A stretch of DNA of 64,000 nt, from positions 310,001 to 374,000 of the forward strand of contig NW_026861047.1 in the NCBI RefSeq assembly GCF_026571515.1. The letters are read 5' to 3'. The stretch is from Ruditapes philippinarum (taxonomy: Eukaryota). This document shows positions 57,201 to 64,000 of this stretch, piece after piece. The notes beneath the pieces are model-generated. The model was not told where the DNA came from and did not search any database. It saw only the letters and a program-made list of their open reading frames with translations. Numbering within the stretch: the first letter of the stretch is position 1; every line of letters begins with the position of its first letter. The position numbers and the translations under genes are program-made.

Positions 57201-57988
57201 AAGATACCAGAATGACAAGAATACCAAATATGAACATTATTTTTATACTGTATACATGTATATAAAAACAATGCTTATAAAATACTATTTATACTTTATT
57301 TTTTCAAGTAACAATTATTTACCAAGGTATATGTTAATTATAGTGTAAATATTTGACCCTATGCCAAAATTTTATGAAAATAACATTCATATTCGGTTTT
57401 CTCTTCATATTTGCGAATATGAATTCATATTCAGTATTTAGTCATACCATAAACGGAGAGCACTATAGTCCCGTGGTTAGTCCTATAAATATGACGTCGC
57501 TTTGAGATAATTTTGCTTCTGGGTCAGGCTTGACTGACAAAAACTATAACAAGCCTGTAAAGTCTAATATATTGGACTAGGGCAAGGGCGTGGTACATGT
57601 ACCTGCAGGGAGAACTATACAATATCATCTACCATGTACAATAAATCATAATGTATAGTGATGTAGTGGAGAAACTTTGTCAGAAAATTGGGGCTAAGCC
57701 ATTCCACCAGAGCACAGCATCATCCTACAGTTATCATTCTACAGGTAAAGGCGTATAGTTCTAAATGAAGCAAATACTACATTATCCGAATTTAATTATA
57801 TCCGAATATACCCGCAGTTTGTGAGGCTGACATAAGTTATGCTTTTTGCTGTATTAAATAATTTTGTTTAATTATGTTTTCTATACCAACCTCCGATAAA
57901 GAAAGCCTAAAATCACATTAAGAAACTTTTCCACTTTTCCTTCATTCTGTAGAATGCCAAGAAGCGCTGTGTCGTATTTCTCTTCCAT
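51230..57988 (-). CDS. NUDCD3: NudC domain-containing protein 3 (NudCL), 8 coding exons, exon 7 corrupted in this assembly
   Basis: Exons 57988-57891, 56296-56215, 54882-54780, 54333-54069, 53356-53254, 52728-52552, ~52370-52168 (unreadable), 51352-51230. MEEKYDTALLGILQ..GFLYRRTDFYRLM..LGFPPG, SYNGAVRDNYRWAQSITDLD, ESMWTL.PG, MLKNAWDAEGSPFKGQPFDPS. Confidence 0.93.
51560..51880 (+). mobile_element. Degenerate HINE-like fragment
   Basis: gtgaccttgacc motif, (GACA)n-like tract, 3' tatacccctataaacttcatttgtgcagg hairpin remnant. Confidence 0.4.
53709..54014 (+). mobile_element. HINE/pearl-like short copy
   Basis: Colinear with 18689-18996 (aacaagagct..gacagc; gggtgagtacaatagc..aatagtc..gctaa). 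Confidence 0.65.
55215..56180 (+). mobile_element. HINE/pearl-like element with ~4-5 internal ~170-bp repeats
   Basis: 5' aacaagagctgtccgtaagacagcgcgctcgacttt; units ..gggccataatt..cttgacagagtta..aaacaagtat..agtttcaaagc..; 3' gacgccgacgcc..gagtaggatagctc..aaaagtcgagctaaaa. Confidence 0.75.
56443..57449. mobile_element. ~1-kb non-autonomous TIR element (Mutator-like?) in NUDCD3 intron 1
   Basis: ~80-bp imperfect TIR ggtatg(t/a)ctaaatac.gaatatgaattcatattcg..ttattttcataaaat; internal direct duplication (~56465-56710 vs ~57020-57250); possible 9-bp TSD ttaacagag/taaacggag. Confidence 0.65.
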
Positions 57989-58075
57989 TTTCCAACGACA
58001 AAATCCGTTCTTTCCGATTGAAATCTACGTCAAATAAGCGACTGCAGCGGCTCTTTGAAAGCGTTTGCAGGAAAG
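57989..58075. promoter_or_regulatory. Compact bidirectional promoter/5'UTR region between NUDCD3 and PGAP1
   Basis: Only 87 bp between the divergent ATGs (57988 and 58076); locally CpG-enriched. Confidence 0.7.
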
Positions 58076-58569
58076 ATGGCAGGAAGGAAAGCTCTTGCAT
58101 TTTCAGTGATTGTTGTGTTTCTTCTTGTTGTCGGTATTTTAAATGTGATTTTACAGTATGAGGAAAACAAATGTGAAATGACATGGATGTTTGAACAACC
58201 TCAGTATTTGGTAAATATTTTTAGAATGACTAAATAACATAATTTGAGTCAGGTTAAAATTGGGGCCTGCATTTTCAACAGTTCATAAATTTTGCACATC
58301 TACATGTACATTGTATGCAGGAAAGATGGCAGGAAGTAAAGCTCTTGCATTTTCAGTGTTTGTTGTGTTTCTTCTTGTTGTCGGTATTTTAAATGTGATT
58401 TTACAGTATGAGAAAAACAAATGTGAAATGACATGGATGTTTGAACAACCTCAGTATTTGGTAAATATTTTTAGAATGACTAAATAACATAATTTGAGTC
58501 ACGTTAAAATTTGGGCCTGCATTTTCAAAAGTTCATAAATTTTGCACATCTACATGTACATTGTATGCA
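58066..58569 (+). repeat. 250-bp tandem duplication containing PGAP1 coding exon 1 and its splice donor
   Basis: 58066-58319 vs 58316-58569, a handful of substitutions, tgca microhomology at the junction. Confidence 0.95.
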
Positions 58570-61500
58570 CATATCTTGAGACTAAGTGAGCTCTGCTCCT
58601 GTATTCTTAATGGCTGCACAGCCTACTTTAAAATTATTTGACCTGGTCACATGTTTTGAACATTAAACCTCCTTCCATGCTAAATGTTTAAAAAAAAATT
58701 GCTAAAATATAAATATAGATGTTTGATGAATTCAGTATTTTTCAGCAAAGATTGAGTTACAATGAAACATGACATGTGCGATTTGTTAATTTAATGAAAC
58801 TTAACATCCTGGAAAACGTCAAAAATTATCAGAAAGTTAAAAGTTGTTTTAAAGAGGATAAAAGAATATTAAAAAAAAATGTTAAAAACATGGGGGCTGG
58901 AAAACTAGGGTGAGACCTTTCAATGCAATATACGACAGCATTGAATTGCGAGTAGGGCAACTGCTGGGGTGGTAACAATGAACAGCTATTTGAATATTAG
59001 AGGGGCAATCCTATTCCTACTCACAGGCAGCTGATGCATGGCTTGGATAGTATACATGTACATGACCATGCCCAGTTATTTTTATAAATAATTTTTATTT
59101 CACTAATAAAATATTTCTTTCACTCAAAATGTTTTTAAAATATATTATGTTCAATAAAACAACAAAGGAAAACTGTTTTTAATTTTTTTTTTTCCATATT
59201 TACTATAAATATAGTAAAGGTAGAAAGGTTCGCTCGCAGACCTACCAGCAGGCCTTATGTTACCTCTCAGATCTTTGTTAATTGTCAACCAATTTTCACC
59301 AAATAAAGTGCAAACTATGCAGAAATGATCTTTTTTCGAACATGTACAATATTAAATTTTGAGCAGTTGGTACAACAAAAGATGGAGTTTTAAACCGAAA
59401 ATGCACTTTTCGTCTAGGTCGGACATTGCTTGACCGAGCCGAAAGTAGATGATTTTGAACATAAATTGATCTTTTTCTTAATAAAAAACTAATGTCAGTG
59501 CATGCAAACACTTGAAACAGAAAAGGCACCTATAATACTATCGCTTACCTGTCCAAGTTAATCCAAAACGTCTGCAGGTAAGCATTTTCGGTAATTATTA
59601 TACCCCCGCACAACGAAGTTGTAAGGGGGGTATACTGGAATCAGCTTGTCCGTCTGGACGTCTCCCCGTCCGTCCGTCTGTCGGTTTTTCTTTGTCCGCC
59701 CAATTACTTGAGATTCCTTTGGCCCACAGTCTTCATATTTGGCATGGAGGTTAGTCATGATTAGTAGATGACCCCTATTGATTTTGAGGTCACTGGGTCA
59801 AAGGTCAAGGTCACAGGGTCCTTGACTTAAAAAAAAAGCTTGTCAGCCCAATAACTTGAGATTCTTTGACCCACAGTCTTCATATTTGGCATGGAGGTTA
59901 GTCATGATTAGTAGATGACCCCTATTGATTTTGGGGTCACTGGGTCAAAGGTCAAGGTCACAGGGGCCTTGACTTGCAGGTAAGCATTTCAGTAGTTATT
60001 TGCACTAACTTTTTAAATTTCCTGACATTACATGTATACAAATGCTGACCCGGATATACCTGATGCGTACCCCTTTTTGCATAGTAAAGATTGAGCGAAG
60101 CTGGATACCAGCGGGTACCGAGCATGCGTACTTTGAATATCCGGATCAGGATTTGTATACATGTACAATGTCGGGAAATTTAAAAAGTTAGTGCAAATAA
60201 CTACTGAAATGCTTACCTGCAGACGTTTTGGATTAACTTTGGACCGGTAAGCGATAGTATTATAGCTGCCTTTTCTGTTTCAAGTGTTTGCATGCACTGA
60301 CATTAGTTTTTTATTAAGAAAAAGATCGATTTATGTTCAAAATCATCTACTTTCGGCTCGGTCAAGCGATGTCCGACCTAGACAAAAAGTGCATTTTCGG
60401 TTTAAAACTCCATCTTTTGTTGTACCAACTGCTCAAATATTGTACATTTTCGAAAAAAGATCATTTCTGCGTAGATTGCACTTTATTTGGTGATAATTGG
60501 TTGACAATTAACAAAGATCTGAGAGGTAACATAAGGCCTGGTGGTAGGTCTGCAGGCGAACCTTTCTACCTTTACTATATTTATAGTATATATGGAAGAA
60601 ATTTTTAAAAACAACTTTCCTTTGTTGATTTATTGAAAAAAAGATATTTTAAAAGCAAGTTGAGTAAAAAAAAAATTGATGAGTGAAAAAAAATTATTTA
60701 TCAAAATAAGTGGGCTTGGTCATGTATACTATCCAAGCCATGCACCGACTGCCTTTGTTCCTACTTACCTGGGCATCTTCGTGACACTGTGGTTGAAGTA
60801 TTGTATGCCACATCTTGTGCAATATTAAATCTCATAAACAACTAAAGATATTTGCTTGTTAATTCACTTCAAATTCATACATTTACTTTAGATCATTATA
60901 CAGATGACACTATGTCGTTATCCAAGGCTCATTAGTCTAGCATAGATTTTGACAGAAGTATGGACATTTTCGAAAATTCATTGTTAATGAAGTGCATATA
61001 GTTACAAGTGATGGCAGTTGGACTACACTGCTGACTTATGTGGCCAGTGGGTGTCTTTTTTATTTGTTTTCATAATTGTGTCAGAAGAACAGGGAAAATT
61101 TTGTCTTCCATTTTTATGCTTCCCAAAGGGAGAGCATATAGTCACTGCTGTCTCTCCGTTCCCTTTTCTTGTCCGGGACAAAACTCTGAAACTACAAGAT
61201 GTATCAACAAGAAACTTTGTAGGTAGATAGATCTTATTGAGTAGAATTGCAGTGCAAAAGAACTGTAACTCTGCCTTGCCTAATTTTGGAGTTATTGCCC
61301 TTTGTTCAATTTTACACTTTGATTTTTGTCCAGGATATAACTTGAAACTATAAGAAATATCAACAAGAAACATTGTAGGTAGATAGATCTCATTGGGTAG
61401 ATATGCAGTGCAAAAGAAATGTAACTCTGCCTTGCCTAATTTTGAATTATTACCCTTTGCTTATTTTTACACTGTGATCTTTGTCCGGGACATAACTCTG

Positions 61501-63775
61501 GAACTACAAGACGTATCAAAAGAATCTTTGTACGTAAATAGATCTCATAGAGTAGAAGTGCAGGCAAAAGAACCATAACCTGCCATGCCTAATTTTGGAG
61601 TTATTGCCTTTTGTTCATTTTTACACGACATAACTCTGGAACTACAAGAGGTATCAACAGAAACTTTATATGTAATTAGATCTAATAAAGTAGAAGTGTA
61701 ATGCATAAAAACCGTAACTCTGCCTGCCTTATATAAGAGTTATTGCCCTTTTTATATTTTTACACTGGGAACTTTGTCCAGGACATAAGTCTGAAACTAC
61801 AAGAGATATCAACAAGAAGTAGATTCTGTTTGTCAAAAACCCGTATGGGTTTGTATGATGAATAATATATTTCCAATAAAAATGTCGTAAACAAAATGAA
61901 ATGATATAATTTCATAAAAAGATGAACATGGGGTTTATATGAAACATGTATTTGATATAATGTAAGATGTTTAATATATATGGCAAATTTTATCTCGAAT
62001 ACATGTGTAATTTTCAGCGTGTTCCTTTGCCGAAGGCTGTGAACAAGAAGTTTCCAAACTATGGATTATACGTCTATGGAGAAGGGTAAGATTTTATCTT
62101 TAAAGAAAATTATATTATTCAATCAGTGAATTATAATGATGAATTGATTAACTCCAAATTAAAGTGTAAACTGCTAAGATATCACATCTGATATGAATCA
62201 AGTTGGCTGTTGATCAAATTTTTGTTAAGTGTTTTGATTTAATAATATAAGGGTAGAATTACATGTATTGACAAGCTACAAGCTGAATGACTCCCTGACA
62301 CTTTTAATAATTTTACTTTCTTAGTAGGAATCAATAGTAAAGAGGTGTGAGAGATTGAAAGTTAATGTTCAATCTAAATGACACTGTCAATGAGGCCTGA
62401 ACATTTTTAGTGCTACATAATACAGTTATGCATAATGAATAATCTTTAACATTCAGTCAAGAACTAGAACTTGACAGACCTTATGATCTACTTTTGAATT
62501 TTTATGTTAAGGCCACAAACTTTAGAATTTATCTGTTACAGTTGATTTCAGGTGTGCTCCGTTAAGGAACACATGGCCCTTGTAAATACATGTAGTTATT
62601 AGTTATTGTCTTATTGATATTTTGTATTTGTTTCTTTTTTCTTTCAGGCATTATGCAAACATTGTGGCGTATGTATCCTTATTATTATTGCTTTCATGAC
62701 ATTGTAAATGTGCCTTGATAGATAATGCTTTTAAGGTTAAATGATACTTTTATCTTGAAAAGTTTGATTTTGGTATAAGAAAAGAATTCTGCTTTTGCTA
62801 CATTTGAACATAGTTTAATTTCATTGTATGAGATATTTATAAGATATGATTTTACAATAACTCAAGAATCTTCAGCTTTGCCATTCTACTATTCCAGGCC
62901 TCAAGGTTATAAATTTTTTTGTCTGTGATCTGTCTTGGATCTCAGGATTTTCATTAGTCAGTGGTGTATATTCTGTGCCAGTTTCTGACCAATCAAATAC
63001 CTTAGATCTGAGTTTGAGTTTAGATAATTTCTTACCTCTGATCCAGATTACCATATCAGTTTGGGGCCTGAAAAGGCAGATAAACCTTCATTAAGCCTAG
63101 AATACATACTGTATACACCTTAACAGTCCTGATCTAATTACTGTATGTTTCATTTTACAAATTTTTAACATATCACTGGTATAAAATGTCAAATGAGACA
63201 ATGAATGGGCAAATGTGCAATGTCTTTAATACTTAACATTAGATGAAATTAATTATTTAGAATTAACTTTATTTGTTTAATCTATTAAAGCACCATGAAG
63301 CTGACTGGAGTACCTGTTTTATTTATACCTGGAAATGCAGGCAGTTATAAACAAGGTAAAAATTATATTTTATAAGTGCAAGTGTCTTCTCTTGCTACAA
63401 AACTCTTCTTTGCTATTCAAACACATTAATTCAATTCAATTCAATTATCAAACAACAAAAAGAAATACTGAAGTCAAGTCAATGATATTTTATTTAGTTA
63501 TGATATTGGTGGTTTTAAATATGTAACAGATGATTTATAAAGGCTTTGAAAACCGTTATCAGTGTATTTGCTTTATATATATTCAAACATGTATGCAGGT
63601 ATGAAGATGGGCTAGTATATTTTTTGTATGTTGACATTTTCAGCAAGATCTATGGCATCAGTAGCTTTTAGAAGAGTTATAGATAAAGACAAGAGATTTC
63701 ACTTTAACTTCTTTACAGTGGACCTTAATGAGGAGTTCACTGGACTTTATGGAGCATTCCTATGGCAACAAACTG
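58076..63775 (+). CDS. PGAP1: GPI inositol-deacylase (PGAP1/Bst1), 5' part; continues beyond the window
   Basis: Exons 58076-58210 (or duplicate 58326-58460), 62018-62085, 62648-62668, 63291-63355, 63644-63775: TM..[86 protein letters not shown].QQT. Confidence 0.93.
59025..60754. mobile_element. Foldback element with ~620-bp inverted arms and a 79-bp spacer (PGAP1 intron 1)
   Basis: Left arm 59025-59599 + 59975-60057; right arm 60137-60754. ORF track entries 59296-59529(-) and 60284-60493(+) give nearly the same peptide. Flanking direct repeat ctattcctactcac / ttgttcctacttac. Confidence 0.85.
59598..59974 (-). mobile_element. Truncated HINE-like element nested in the foldback left arm
   Basis: Hairpin tacccccgcacaacgaagttgtaaggggggta, (CCGT)n, two ~150-bp units with ggtcaaaggtcaaggtcac. 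Confidence 0.75.
61110..61820 (-). mobile_element. HINE-like fragment with ~4-5 internal tandem units
   Basis: Repeated ..tttgtccgggacataactctggaactacaag..tatcaacaagaaactttgt..gtaactctgccttgcctaattttggagttattgccc.. Confidence 0.6.
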
Positions 63776-64000
63776 GTAACTACGAATTCCTCTGTGCAAT
63801 GAATAATGTTGTCAGTCAGTTTGTAATTACTGCAAAACATAAATTACCCTATTTATGCCTTGATAGTCTTATAAGAAAGAGTTACATTTGTATATTATTA
63901 CTTATAAAAAATTTTGACAGATTTTATGGTTAAGTATAAACAGTTATAAGTTTATATAGACCAAGCTGCTTTGCAATGAACATGGCCTAGCAAAGTATAC

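Overview
AT-rich, intron-rich animal genomic DNA; the repeat families suggest a bivalve mollusc (inference, species not determined). I reconstructed five host genes by hand from splice sites and reading phase. (1) A 3-exon orphan type II membrane protein with a tyrosine-motif-rich cytoplasmic tail (+, 13900-15988). (2) SNX29 (RUN+PX, -, 22 coding exons, 21096-~40440). (3) RPL10 (+, 44205-47945), associated with three SNORD34/snR62-type C/D snoRNAs, one of which lies downstream of the poly(A) signal. (4) NUDCD3 (-, 51230-57988). (5) The 5' part of PGAP1 (+, 58076 to the window end), whose ATG is 87 bp from the NUDCD3 ATG and whose first exon is tandemly duplicated. Mobile DNA includes an apparently intact intron-containing DD34E Tc1 transposon in an SNX29 intron, several MITE families, Helentron-type (HINE/pearl-like) elements with internal satellites, two tRNA-derived SINEs, LINE fragments, a 1.7-kb foldback element and a 1.9-kb 72/78-bp minisatellite. 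There is a 283-N gap and several error-rich consensus patches, one of which destroys a NUDCD3 exon. No prokaryotic-type system (CRISPR, operon) is present. The best novelty candidates are the orphan tyrosine-motif membrane adaptor, the RPL10 snoRNA cluster with an extragenic copy, and the intact Tc1.
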